DNA from: Promethearchaeota archaeon
Lineage (GTDB): Archaea; Asgardarchaeota; Lokiarchaeia; Sigyniarchaeales; SOKP01
Length of the DNA stretch: 64,000 nt
Direction: 5' to 3'
Assembly: GCA_016839705.1 (NCBI GenBank)
Contig: JAEOTR010000060.1
Coordinates: 64,001-128,000 of the forward strand
How positions within the stretch are numbered: position 1 is the first letter of the stretch; each line of letters starts with the position of its first letter. The notes below the pieces were generated by a model. That model worked only from the letters and a program-made list of their open reading frames with translations, was not told the origin of the DNA and made no database searches. A program made the position numbers and the translations under genes. Of the stretch, positions 1 to 9,537 are shown piece by piece.

Positions 1-2
1 CC

Positions 3-206
3 TCTGAGGTTATTAGAGAATTTTCTCAACAAGCACAATTTTTAGTAATCAGCCACCGTGAAGAAAATATTGTAAATTCAGACAGAATTTATGGCGTATC
101 CATGCAACAGTCTGGTGTAACCGATATTTTTAGCGTTGATTTAGAAGAAGAGGCTAAAAGGCTTTTAGAACTTGAAGATATCGAACCAACAATTACAGAA
201 AATTAA
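3..206 (+). CDS. smc: SMC chromosome segregation ATPase, C-terminal end (partial, runs off window start)
   Basis: Manual translation SEVIREFSQQAQFLVISHREENIVNSDRIYGVSMQQSGVTDIFSVDLE matches the SMC C-terminal QFIVISH...ADRIYGV motif; directly upstream of scpA/scpB-like genes. Confidence 0.88.
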   Translation, partial: SEVIREFSQQAQFLVISHREENIVNSDRIYGVSMQQSGVTDIFSVDLEEEAKRLLELEDIEPTITEN

Positions 207-230
207 AAAACTAAGCTTGAGTGAATTATA

Positions 231-1232
231 ATGTCTGAAAAAAAGAATTTGGCCAAACTCTATAATTTTAATGATTGGACTGTAAAAGAATTAAGGGAAT
301 TTGCTGCAAAAAACAATATCAAAATTCCATCAAAGTCAAAAAAACAGGATATCATTATTTTACTTCAGAAAGTTGTATCCCATGAGGAATTCATAGATAG
401 AACTCAAGAAGTTGAAGAGCTTGAAGAAGAATTAATTGCAGGTTTTGAAGATGATGAAGATTTTGCTTTATTGAGAAAAGAAAAAATGGAATTGAAATTT
501 TGGCAAAAACCACCCTTTTCAAGTCTATTAGATCCGGAATTGGCTAAAGAGTCTGAAATTGCGTTTTATGACTTAGCAAGTCTAGTAGACGAATTTTTTG
601 GCAAAATGCTTCATGAAGATTTAATAAATTATAAGATCTCCGGAATCGCACTTAAAACTTCAGCCTCATTGCACCATTATAAAATATCGAGTATAATACG
701 CGAAGAAGAACAAATTCAAATGAAAGAAGAGCTTGAAAAATTTCGACAGAGACATTCAAGGTCAATTCCAAAAGCTCTACCCCAACCTATTCAACCCAAA
801 ATGCAAATTGCTACAAAAGATGAATTATTTGACGCAATGAGATCTGCAATAATCGAAACTATGCAAAATAAGGAGAAATTAAAAAGAAGAAGAATACGAC
901 GAGAAGAATTGAAACAACAAAAAATACAAATGAAATCCAAAGCCCAATTACCAAAAGAGCTTTTAAGACATATTAGTGGCAAAGAACAAACAGTACAGGA
1001 GTTACATGATTCCTGGTATAATCGAATAAAGGGTACCATCAACTTAAACAATAAGGAAACTAGCTTTTTTGACTTAACAAGCATTATAAAAGGTGAAGAA
1101 GAGAGTAGTGTTGGGCGGAAATTTTCCCTAGTAAGAATGTTTTTAGCTTTAATGTTTTTGTCTACAGGGAATAAACTAAATTTAACTCAAGATGAAGATT
1201 TCAAAGATATTTCTATAGATATTAAAAAATAA
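231..1232 (+). CDS. scpA: ScpA kleisin (segregation and condensation protein A) with N-terminal Rho_N/SAP-like helical module
   Basis: Lies between smc and scpB; kleisin N-domain-like YKISGIALKTSASLHHYK; C-terminal winged helix VRMFLALMFL...LTQDEDFKDI. Confidence 0.75.
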   Translation: MSEKKNLAKLYNFNDWTVKELREFAAKNNIKIPSKSKKQDIIILLQKVVSHEEFIDRTQEVEELEEELIAGFEDDEDFALLRKEKMELKFWQKPPFSSLLDPELAKESEIAFYDLASLVDEFFGKMLHEDLINYKISGIALKTSASLHHYKISSIIREEEQIQMKEELEKFRQRHSRSIPKALPQPIQPKMQIATKDELFDAMRSAIIETMQNKEKLKRRRIRREELKQQKIQMKSKAQLPKELLRHISGKEQTVQELHDSWYNRIKGTINLNNKETSFFDLTSIIKGEEESSVGRKFSLVRMFLALMFLSTGNKLNLTQDEDFKDISIDIKK

Positions 1233-1252
1233 GAACTGTTATTAATGAAATT

Positions 1253-2188
1253 ATGAATGATTCTAATGAAAATTTAGAAAAGGATTCAACGGAAGAGTTA
1301 AAGGAAGAGAATAGTAAAAACCCCGATGCCCTACTCGACAAAGAGATTGGGTCAGATGATGTAATGGAAAAACAAGACGACAATGAGATCAATACAAACA
1401 TAACAAATATTGAAAACCCCCAAATAGAGAATTTAAATTCAATAAATGGAACAACAGAGGAAGCCCTTTCCACTCAAGAGATTGGGTCAGATGATGTAAT
1501 GGAAAAACAAGACGACTATGAGATCAATATAAACATAATAAATATTGAAAACCCTCAAATAGAGAATTTAAATTCAATGAATGGAACAACAGAGGAAACC
1601 CTTTCCACTCAAGAGATTGAAAAAGAATTAGTAGAAAAACAATTGAGAGATTTCCATAGAAATTTGATTGAAGCCTCATTATATGCAGCAGGTAGACCTT
1701 TAACAGTGGAAGAGATATCAAATAAATTAGAACTACCAAAAAAAGAAGTTGAAGAACTTACCAATGAGGTCGCATTTGAGTATCTTGAGCGTCCTACAGC
1801 ATTAATAATTGCTCAAATAGGAGACAGATTTCAGATGCAGATAAGACCAGAATATACGGAAAAAGTATCTAAATTTGCTAAAGGGGGGGCTATAGCAGAG
1901 AGATACTTGAGGACTTTAACAATTATTGCTTTAAAGCAACCAATTCTAAAATCAATGGTAATAAAATTAAGGGGAACTGGAGCTTATGAGCATGTTAAAT
2001 ATCTTGTAGATAACGGATTTATTGATACTGTGAAAAAAGGACGCTCTCAAGAATTAACTACTACAGATAAATATGCTGATATGTTTGGATTACCTAAAGA
2101 TAAAACTGAGTTGAAACGTGCTATGGTTACTCAATTAGGAATAAGTGATAACGGAGATCAGATACAGTCCAATGAGGGTGAAGATTAA
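1253..2188 (+). CDS. scpB: ScpB segregation and condensation protein B with acidic, repeat-containing N-terminal extension
   Basis: LIEASLYAAGRPL, LRTLTIIALKQPI, LRG...HVKYL and TTTDKYADMFGL motifs. Confidence 0.93.
   Translation: MNDSNENLEKDSTEELKEENSKNPDALLDKEIGSDDVMEKQDDNEINTNITNIENPQIENLNSINGTTEEALSTQEIGSDDVMEKQDDYEININIINIENPQIENLNSMNGTTEETLSTQEIEKELVEKQLRDFHRNLIEASLYAAGRPLTVEEISNKLELPKKEVEELTNEVAFEYLERPTALIIAQIGDRFQMQIRPEYTEKVSKFAKGGAIAERYLRTLTIIALKQPILKSMVIKLRGTGAYEHVKYLVDNGFIDTVKKGRSQELTTTDKYADMFGLPKDKTELKRAMVTQLGISDNGDQIQSNEGED
1341..1619 (+). repeat. Tandem duplication, about 2 copies of a 135-bp (45-aa) unit within the scpB 5' region
   Basis: AAGAGATTG recurs at 1341, 1476 and 1611; the peptide EIGSDDVMEKQDD...NGTTEE(A/T)LSTQ occurs twice with few substitutions. 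Confidence 0.95.
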
Positions 2189-2201
2189 AAAAAAAGAAGA
2201 T

Positions 2202-4811
2202 TTATTTCTGTGAGTTATAAATATAAATTTTAATCTCTAGATCTTCAATTTTTTGTTTTAAATCTGGATTTTCTTCTAATCCATTTTCCTCTGAAATCTT
2301 GATTATATCTAAATTTTCAATTCGAATAGTATTTTTAATGTCATCTCTTAATTTTTCAATTTTTTTCAATTGATTTTCTTCTGTTAGGATGACCACTTTT
2401 GATATTTCTTGATTTAATGGTATTTGAAGCTTTGATTTATTCATTCTTAACAATTTTATTATTTCAATCCCGATTTTTCCAATATCCGTTAAATCTTCAG
2501 AAACTTTTAGGTATTGACCTGGCCATCTTTCTTGATGTATTGACTTCAAATTTGTGAATCTTTTATAAATAATCGAATTTATTTCTTCAGATATAAAGGG
2601 CATTGTTACAGCAGAAAGAATTAACATCTTATAAAATAAATTCAATGCATTTTTTAAAGAAATTTCTCTAATATGATGGTCATTAGAATAGAATTTATGC
2701 TTTATTGCTTCAATATAATTATCACATAAATCATTCCAAAAAAAGGAACGCAAGCTAAGAGTAGCTCCATGCCAATTATATTCATCAAAATATTTACCAA
2801 TTATTTCTAAATTTTTGTTAAATTCAGAATAATAGAAACAATCTATTACCGATAAATCCTCAGTTTTAATATTCAGATTAGAAGTTTCGATCTTATTCAA
2901 ATTTAAGAATAAGAACCTGAAGGCATTCCAAATTTTCGTGATAAATCTGGATGTACCCACTAGCTGATCACATCTTATCCCGAATTTTTTGTTAAATTTA
3001 TCTTCTGGAAGTTTTACTCTTTCTTCCGCGATAACAGAATCAGAAATTGGTTGCTTAGTTTGAAGACTTATCCACGAAAATTCAAATGGATAATCGTCTC
3101 CTAAAGATCCCATAGCAGCCCATTGTCTAATCGCATCTGCACCATATAAAGGTAGAATCTCATCTGGTGAAATTGAATTTCCAAGACTTTTTGACATATG
3201 ACGGCCATCTGGACCTGCAACCATCCCGTTTATCATAACTTCATAAAAGGGGTCTTTTCCTGTCAATTTTTTGCATCGGAATAAGGTATAAAACAACCAT
3301 GTTCGGATAATCTCATATCCTTGGGGCCTATGAACTTTAGCTTTAAGATAAGTTTTCTCAAAAAAGTCTTCATCCTCCTTCCATTTTGCAATTTCTAATG
3401 GGGTTATACTAGAATCAATCCAACAATCACATACATCTTTTTCTCCGATGAGCTTTTCACTTTTACATTTCGAGCATTTTTTAATCGGAGGGTTAGTTTT
3501 TACAGGATCTAAAGGTAAATCTTCATTATTTGGGGCAATAATTTCACCACATTCTGCACAATACCAAAATGGGATTGGAGTGCCAAAAACTCTTTGGCGT
3601 GAAATAACCCAGTTCCAACCTAAACCTTCTGTCCAATCTAATAATCTTTGCTTCTGTTTTTCAGGATACCAATTCATTTTTTCTGCAGATTGAATAATTT
3701 CCTGGGTAAAATCCTTTACGTTGATAAACCATTGAAAAACAGGTAAATATTCTATTGGTTTTCGGCATGATGGCCTTTCAGAATGAACAATAATAGTGTG
3801 TTCATAATCTTCTATTTTTTCGACAAGTCCCATTTCTTTTAGATCTTTTACAATTTCCTCTCGAGCTTCATGAATTGTAAGACCTTGGTATTTGGAATTT
3901 TCATTCATATGGCCATCTTCCGTGAAAATCTGAATTTCATCAAGATTATATTGTATTTTCCAATTAATATCCATTTCATCTCCATAAGTACAAACATAAA
4001 CAACTCCTGTACCAAAATTCATATCCACTATGCTATCCATATAAATTCGAACAGTTCGGTCGGTAAAAGGAATCTTTATTTCCGCAGCAGAGAGATCGTA
4101 ATACCTATTATCATTTGGATGAACCATTACGGCGACACAGGCTTCCATATATTCAGGTCGTGTGGTTGCAATCGTGATAAATTCATTTTCTCTTCCTACA
4201 ATTGGTAATTTTATATACCATAATTTTCCTTGTTCTTCTTGATAACCTACTTCTGCTTTCGCAACAGATGTCTCACAGTTAACGCAAAAATGTGTTGGAA
4301 ATTTTTCACGATATAACCATCCCTTCTCATAAAAATATAACAGTGATAATTGAACTTTATACTTATAATCATCATTCATGGTTCGATATGTGTATTCCCA
4401 ATCAGCAGAATATCCTAAATCATCATATTGTCTTCTCATATTTTTTATATTATTATCAACCCATTCGACACATTTTTCGAGGAATTCATCTCTTTGATGT
4501 TGTGAGATTCCGTACTCTTTTTGCACGGCAAGTTCCACTGGTAATCCATGACAATCGAAGCCTTGTGGAAAATAGACATTATCTCCTTTCATCTTATGAT
4601 ATCTTGCAACAAAATCTATCCATGAGTGATTTAAAATATGTCCCATATGTAGGTTTCCACTTACAAAAGGAGGAGGGGTATCAATTGAAAATATTTCACC
4701 TTTTTGATTGATATCAAAAGAGTAAATTTTTTCCTCACGCCAGTACTTCATCCATTTGTTTTGAACTTCCTTAAAGTTAAACCGTTTTGGATATAATGCT
4801 TCTTTCGACAT
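2202..4811 (-). CDS. valS: Valyl-tRNA synthetase (archaeal type)
   Basis: IDTPPPFVSGNLHMGH (HIGH), IATTRPE, WVISRQRVFGTPIP, PQGYEIIRTW and HMSKSLGN (KMSKS). Confidence 0.96.
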   Translation of the reverse strand: MSKEALYPKRFNFKEVQNKWMKYWREEKIYSFDINQKGEIFSIDTPPPFVSGNLHMGHILNHSWIDFVARYHKMKGDNVYFPQGFDCHGLPVELAVQKEYGISQHQRDEFLEKCVEWVDNNIKNMRRQYDDLGYSADWEYTYRTMNDDYKYKVQLSLLYFYEKGWLYREKFPTHFCVNCETSVAKAEVGYQEEQGKLWYIKLPIVGRENEFITIATTRPEYMEACVAVMVHPNDNRYYDLSAAEIKIPFTDRTVRIYMDSIVDMNFGTGVVYVCTYGDEMDINWKIQYNLDEIQIFTEDGHMNENSKYQGLTIHEAREEIVKDLKEMGLVEKIEDYEHTIIVHSERPSCRKPIEYLPVFQWFINVKDFTQEIIQSAEKMNWYPEKQKQRLLDWTEGLGWNWVISRQRVFGTPIPFWYCAECGEIIAPNNEDLPLDPVKTNPPIKKCSKCKSEKLIGEKDVCDCWIDSSITPLEIAKWKEDEDFFEKTYLKAKVHRPQGYEIIRTWLFYTLFRCKKLTGKDPFYEVMINGMVAGPDGRHMSKSLGNSISPDEILPLYGADAIRQWAAMGSLGDDYPFEFSWISLQTKQPISDSVIAEERVKLPEDKFNKKFGIRCDQLVGTSRFITKIWNAFRFLFLNLNKIETSNLNIKTEDLSVIDCFYYSEFNKNLEIIGKYFDEYNWHGATLSLRSFFWNDLCDNYIEAIKHKFYSNDHHIREISLKNALNLFYKMLILSAVTMPFISEEINSIIYKRFTNLKSIHQERWPGQYLKVSEDLTDIGKIGIEIIKLLRMNKSKLQIPLNQEISKVVILTEENQLKKIEKLRDDIKNTIRIENLDIIKISEENGLEENPDLKQKIEDLEIKIYIYNSQK

Positions 4812-4927
4812 TTCAAATTCTCTTAAGATGGGCTATTAATATAAAGTTGTATAATATTTGATAATTTAATAAGATTTATTCAACCCTAAGCTATTTCTGT
4901 TTATTTTTATGAATTGATGATTATTAA

Positions 4928-5029
4928 TGGACCTGACGGGAATTGAACCCGTGACCTCTTGAATGCGAATCAGGTAGTTAAGCGTTCTGCTTAATTAAAT
5001 CAAGCGATCTTCCACTGATCTACAGGCCC
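4928..5029 (-). tRNA. tRNA-Ala(CGC) with a 30-nt intron at a non-canonical position in the anticodon arm
   Basis: Reverse complement GGGCCTG TA GATC AGTGGAA GATC G CTTGA T[30 nt]T CGC AT TCAAG AGGTC ACGGG TTCAATT CCCGT CAGGTCC A. It has the G3:U70 Ala identity pair, discriminator A and an intact T-arm; CCA is not encoded. Confidence 0.93.
4969..4998 (-). other. tRNA intron (30 nt; placed at 32/33, boundary ambiguous between 28/29 and 33/34)
   Basis: TTAATTAAGCAGAACGCTTAACTACCTGAT with internal hairpin TAATTAAGC-AGAAC-GCTTAACTA; the TGATT direct repeat at both ends makes the exact boundary ambiguous. Confidence 0.85.
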
Positions 5030-5116
5030 AAATATAATTATTTGTTTTTATATTTTAAAAATCAAATTACCTAAAATTTTTTATTATTTTTATGAGATTT
5101 TGAAATAAAAAAGAAG

Positions 5117-7495
5117 TTAGTATTCTGTTCGAACAATAATATCATCTTGTGCGCTTTTTGATAATTCTGTGAAATATACTGAATATCCAGCGATTCTAAC
5201 TACTAATCCTCTAAAATTATCAGGATTTTTTTGAGCTTCGTATAAAGTTTCTTTTCCCACAATATTAAATTGGACTTGATAACCACCTTCAGGTTCAAAG
5301 TAAGTTCTAATTAATGGTATTAGAAGATCCAATTTCAATGTATTCGGATGGAAGGATAAAATTAACGAATTACCGTTTGTCATCAATTCATTTTTTAACT
5401 TTTTAACAGAGTTAAGAATGGCTGTAGGTCCTTTTTCATCCATGGCACTTGTAGGGCAAAGACCATTCGAAAGTGGATCCGATTTTCTCCTACCATCTGC
5501 AGAAGCACCTGTAAAAACACCAAATGCTAAATGAAAAGTTGTGGAATAAATCCCAGGATTAAACTTCCCCCCGCGATAATTGGAATGCTTAGAAATTTCT
5601 TCACAATATAATTTTGCGATATCAACGGCAATTTCGTCGACATAATCGTTGTCATTCCCAAATTTAGGTATTTTATTTATAAAAAACTCCCGCCATTCTG
5701 TGCCTTTTTTTCCTTGATAAATACCCCTATAATTTTTAGTAAGCATTTGAACTATTTCTCCAAACGAGAGGATTTTTTCTTCAAAAACAACTTTTTTAAT
5801 TACCGCAAGACTATCTGAGACGGTGGCTAAACCAACCAGCTGAGGACCAGTAAAATTATAGATAGCACCGCCATTAGTTATATCTAATCCTCGGTCTATA
5901 CAATCATCTATAGTTGCTGATAAAAATGGTTGAGGTGTAAGTTCAGCTATTGATTTATCAAGAAAAAACATAGTCTTTACCATATAATCAATGAAAAATT
6001 TTACCTGATCCTTAAAAACTTTCCAGAGATCTTCATATGACTTGATTTTCTTTTCACTTTTAATTCCATATTCTTTTCGAGATACCATATCAATCCCGTT
6101 ATTTAATGTCAACTCTAAGCATTTCACAATATTGAATTGATTTGCATTTGTTGATCCGAATGATTTATATGGGTGCTGAGGTTCAACACATCCTATTGGC
6201 GCATATTCTCTAGCATCCTCCCGACTAAAACCCTGATTGATAAGACCAGGTATCATTACCTGATCATTAAGTAAAGCAATGCTAGTACCACTTTTTATTG
6301 ATTCCCCAACTTTAATAAGAAAATCTTCTGAAGTGTCTTTATGTATTCTAACGCAAAAAGTAGGTTGTACAGATTTTATATGGGTATAAGCATCTAAAAT
6401 TACCAGAGATAATTCATTTAAAGCATCCTTTCCTTCACGATCTAATCCTCCAATTACTACATTTTCAGCAATAGGTGGACCCTCAACGGCTACAACTCCT
6501 TTTGAAATAACATAATTCCATAAGGTCGAGAGCTTAATAAAAAAACATTCTATTAGAAATTGTGCTTTATCTCTTGTAACCTTTCCTTCTTTTAAATCTG
6601 CCAAATAATATGGATATAAATATTGATCTAATCGTCCTATTGAAATAGCAAAACCACCATCTTCTAAACCACATATTAAATGAGTAAAATATATTAATTG
6701 TAAGGCTTCTTCATAATTTTCTGGAGGTTTTCCAGAGATGTTATTACAAGCCTTAGAGATATCATAAAGTTCTTTTCTACGGACGGGGTTTCCTTCTTTT
6801 TCTGCCATATTTTTTGCCAAACTTGAGAACCTCTGTATGAATTTTCTAGCAGCTTTCAATAGAATGATTACTGATTCTAAAAATGTCTTTTTATTTCTAT
6901 CTTTAAAATATCTCCCCAAACTTCTTTCTGTTTTTTGAATCAATCCATTGATTCCAATCTTTAATAAATTTTCATGACCTGGAAAAAAATGACCAATTCC
7001 ACTAGAGAGTTCAACATCTACAGCAAATACAAGCTTTTCCATAATATTTTTAATATCTTGGTTTAAATAAGATTGAAATCGCTCTTGTACTGTGATTTCC
7101 TCGTTTTTCCAATAAGGTATTAGTTTTTCTCTTATATAGTGCTTTTCTGGATCTGCTAAAAAAAGCTTTTGAACAGGACGAGTATCATAACTATCAATAT
7201 CTTGTTCTATTGTATCTATTCGCGCTTCAGGAAATAAAGGTGTTCCCACGTATTTTGTACATCTGTTTCCAATAATAAATTCATCTTGCCATATTTTAAG
7301 TGTCATATTTGTTAAATAAAAATCCATGGCTTTTGCAAATCTAATGATTGGGTCTTCGCCTTTCGTTTTTTTGTAAGATTCTGTAAACAACTTAGCCCTT
7401 TCTATACAAATACCATGTGGTGAGGTTATTAGCTCATCCTTCATTCTCCGTGTCCGTTCTTTATAATTGGAAATCGAATTTTGTGTTAATTGCAT
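5117..7495 (-). CDS. Glycyl radical enzyme (PFL2/dehydratase-like family), substrate unknown
   Basis: C-terminal glycyl radical loop LVVRIAGYSVYF; single-Cys loop IGCVEP; SIGRLDQYLYPY; PKFGNDNDYVD; ASADGR. Confidence 0.92.
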   Translation of the reverse strand: MQLTQNSISNYKERTRRMKDELITSPHGICIERAKLFTESYKKTKGEDPIIRFAKAMDFYLTNMTLKIWQDEFIIGNRCTKYVGTPLFPEARIDTIEQDIDSYDTRPVQKLFLADPEKHYIREKLIPYWKNEEITVQERFQSYLNQDIKNIMEKLVFAVDVELSSGIGHFFPGHENLLKIGINGLIQKTERSLGRYFKDRNKKTFLESVIILLKAARKFIQRFSSLAKNMAEKEGNPVRRKELYDISKACNNISGKPPENYEEALQLIYFTHLICGLEDGGFAISIGRLDQYLYPYYLADLKEGKVTRDKAQFLIECFFIKLSTLWNYVISKGVVAVEGPPIAENVVIGGLDREGKDALNELSLVILDAYTHIKSVQPTFCVRIHKDTSEDFLIKVGESIKSGTSIALLNDQVMIPGLINQGFSREDAREYAPIGCVEPQHPYKSFGSTNANQFNIVKCLELTLNNGIDMVSRKEYGIKSEKKIKSYEDLWKVFKDQVKFFIDYMVKTMFFLDKSIAELTPQPFLSATIDDCIDRGLDITNGGAIYNFTGPQLVGLATVSDSLAVIKKVVFEEKILSFGEIVQMLTKNYRGIYQGKKGTEWREFFINKIPKFGNDNDYVDEIAVDIAKLYCEEISKHSNYRGGKFNPGIYSTTFHLAFGVFTGASADGRRKSDPLSNGLCPTSAMDEKGPTAILNSVKKLKNELMTNGNSLILSFHPNTLKLDLLIPLIRTYFEPEGGYQVQFNIVGKETLYEAQKNPDNFRGLVVRIAGYSVYFTELSKSAQDDIIVRTEY

Positions 7496-7599
7496 TTATA
7501 TCCCTAAATATTATTTATAATTTAGATTAATTAAAAGTATAAAATATCAGTTTAATATAGGTTTTCATTTTATTAAAGAAATTCTGGCACTTATAAGAT

Positions 7600-8436
7600 T
7601 TAGATATATTTCATTAAATGATTTTGGTCTTCAGGAGAAAATAATAGTTCGGATTTTCTTATATCTTTAAACCTTTTAATTGCTACGTCTAAATATTCTT
7701 TATTTGAATCTATTCCAATAAATTCACGTTTCAAAATACTACACACTATTCCTGTCGTGCCAGATCCTGTAAAAGGATCTAATATTAAATCTCCTTCATT
7801 TGATGAAGCAGAAATTATTCTGTTTAAAAGCTCTAAAGGTTTTTGAGTTGGGTGTTTACCAAATTTTTTTTCATTATTTGGGATTAATGGGATAGACCAT
7901 ACACTTCTCATTTGTTTGTCTGTATTTTTTAATTTATCCTTAGGATTATTCCATTTTTTCATTTTTTCATAATTATATATATGTTGAGAAATTTTCGATT
8001 TTCTTGCCCATAAAACAACCTCATGACTATGTGTGAAATATTTACATGATAGATTAGGTGGGGCATTAGGTTTAAACCAAATTATATCATTAATTATGTG
8101 GAAGTCATTTTTTTCCAATAAATATCCTACCTTATATATGTTATGCAGTGTACCAGAAACCCAAATACTCCCATCCTCCTTTAAGACTCTTTTACAACCT
8201 TTTAGCCAAGAATCTATAAAGGATATATCTTCATTAAAACCCTTCGATTTATCCCAATCACCCTTGTTAACAGAAACCATTTTTCCAGATTTGCAAGTAA
8301 CTCCATCATTGCTTAAAAAATAGGGAGGATCTGCGAAGATTAAATCAAATTTGTTGTTTTCCATTTGATTTAGGATATTTAAAGCATCTCCGTGATATAA
8401 AATAAAATTTTCTTCTTGAAAATAAGGTTTTATCAT
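7600..8436 (-). CDS. Orphan beta-class amino-DNA methyltransferase (DpnA/M.DpnIIB-like)
   Basis: DLIFADPPY precedes HPTQKP and LDPFTGSGTTG; LSNDGVTCKSGKMVSVNKGDWD is typical of DpnIIB-like enzymes. Confidence 0.9.
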   Translation of the reverse strand: MIKPYFQEENFILYHGDALNILNQMENNKFDLIFADPPYFLSNDGVTCKSGKMVSVNKGDWDKSKGFNEDISFIDSWLKGCKRVLKEDGSIWVSGTLHNIYKVGYLLEKNDFHIINDIIWFKPNAPPNLSCKYFTHSHEVVLWARKSKISQHIYNYEKMKKWNNPKDKLKNTDKQMRSVWSIPLIPNNEKKFGKHPTQKPLELLNRIISASSNEGDLILDPFTGSGTTGIVCSILKREFIGIDSNKEYLDVAIKRFKDIRKSELLFSPEDQNHLMKYI

Positions 8437-8591
8437 ATTTTAAAAGAAATATGTGAATTATATACAATTTGATAGAACAGATTAAGAAATTATAATACCT
8501 TTTAATTATTAACTTTAAAGTTTAATATTATCTAGTAATTAATATATACGAAGAGTCTCAAAATTTTAACTTTAACAAAAGAGAATTAAGA

Positions 8592-9533
8592 ATGATAAAT
8601 AAACAACAGTTTGAGGAGTTATTTAATCAACACCTTATTAAAGAAATTTCGGAAGAACATATTGAAATCGTTCTTTCAGGGCAATATGGTAAAGCACTTG
8701 AATTATTAAGGGATGCCGAAGCAACTGGTTTATTTCCCGCATTAGTGGGGCCACCTGGGGTCGGAAAAACTATTTTATGTCGATATTTCGCTAGTCTTAG
8801 AGCTAAAGAAAATAAAAATAAGAGTTTCAATTGGATGACGATGGACGAAAGTATTAAACCATCACATTTTCTTGGATCATTTGATCCAGCAATCACCTTG
8901 AAAAAAGGTTTTGTGTTAGAAGCATTTAATCCGGGACCTTTATTGAACGCTATGTTAGAGGGTGGAACATTCCTAGCAAACGAAATTAACAGGGCAACAG
9001 AATACTCTCAAAATACGTTATTAGAACCTTTGGAAGAAGCTTCAATTGGAATAGCTCATTTGGGAAGGATAAAAGCTGATAAGGATTTCTTTTTTATATG
9101 CGCAATGAATCCTGAAGAACTCTCGGGGACTCATAGATTATCTGAAGCATTAAAAGATAGGATAAAAGTGTGGATAAAATTAACATACCCTGATAAATCA
9201 ACTGAGTTAGACATTATAAGGATTAATTTACCCGAACATTTTCTTATAGAAGAATCAGAATTAGAATTAATATATTCAATCATTAAAGAAACTAGACAGA
9301 ATAAAGTTGATATTGAAATCCCTGCCTCTATAAGGGCTGGAATTGCTATAGCAAAATTAATGGGGAGGAGAAGGCTTATTGAAAAGGAGAAAAAAATGCA
9401 AGAAAAAGAATCTGCGTATGTACTTCTCTCTGAGATCTCTAGAAATGTTTTACTAGGAAGCATTAAACCAAAACCCGGGGTAAAAGTAGATAATGTTATA
9501 GAAAGTATTATCCATAAAACTTTAGGGGGATAA
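8592..9533 (+). CDS. MoxR-family AAA+ ATPase
   Basis: Walker A GPPGVGKT, Walker B variant FLANEINR, CAMNP sensor, GTHRLSEALKDR, and lid PASIR. Confidence 0.9.
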   Translation: MINKQQFEELFNQHLIKEISEEHIEIVLSGQYGKALELLRDAEATGLFPALVGPPGVGKTILCRYFASLRAKENKNKSFNWMTMDESIKPSHFLGSFDPAITLKKGFVLEAFNPGPLLNAMLEGGTFLANEINRATEYSQNTLLEPLEEASIGIAHLGRIKADKDFFFICAMNPEELSGTHRLSEALKDRIKVWIKLTYPDKSTELDIIRINLPEHFLIEESELELIYSIIKETRQNKVDIEIPASIRAGIAIAKLMGRRRLIEKEKKMQEKESAYVLLSEISRNVLLGSIKPKPGVKVDNVIESIIHKTLGG

Positions 9534-9537
9534 TCAC

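Noticed and set aside
1341-1619. CRISPR array
   Set aside because: The repeats are contiguous 135-bp in-frame coding duplications without unique spacers; no cas genes are in the window.
5030-8500. GRE plus MTase as an island integrated at tRNA-Ala
   Set aside because: The genes lie on the 5' side of the tRNA; no integrase and no duplicated tRNA end (att site) were seen.
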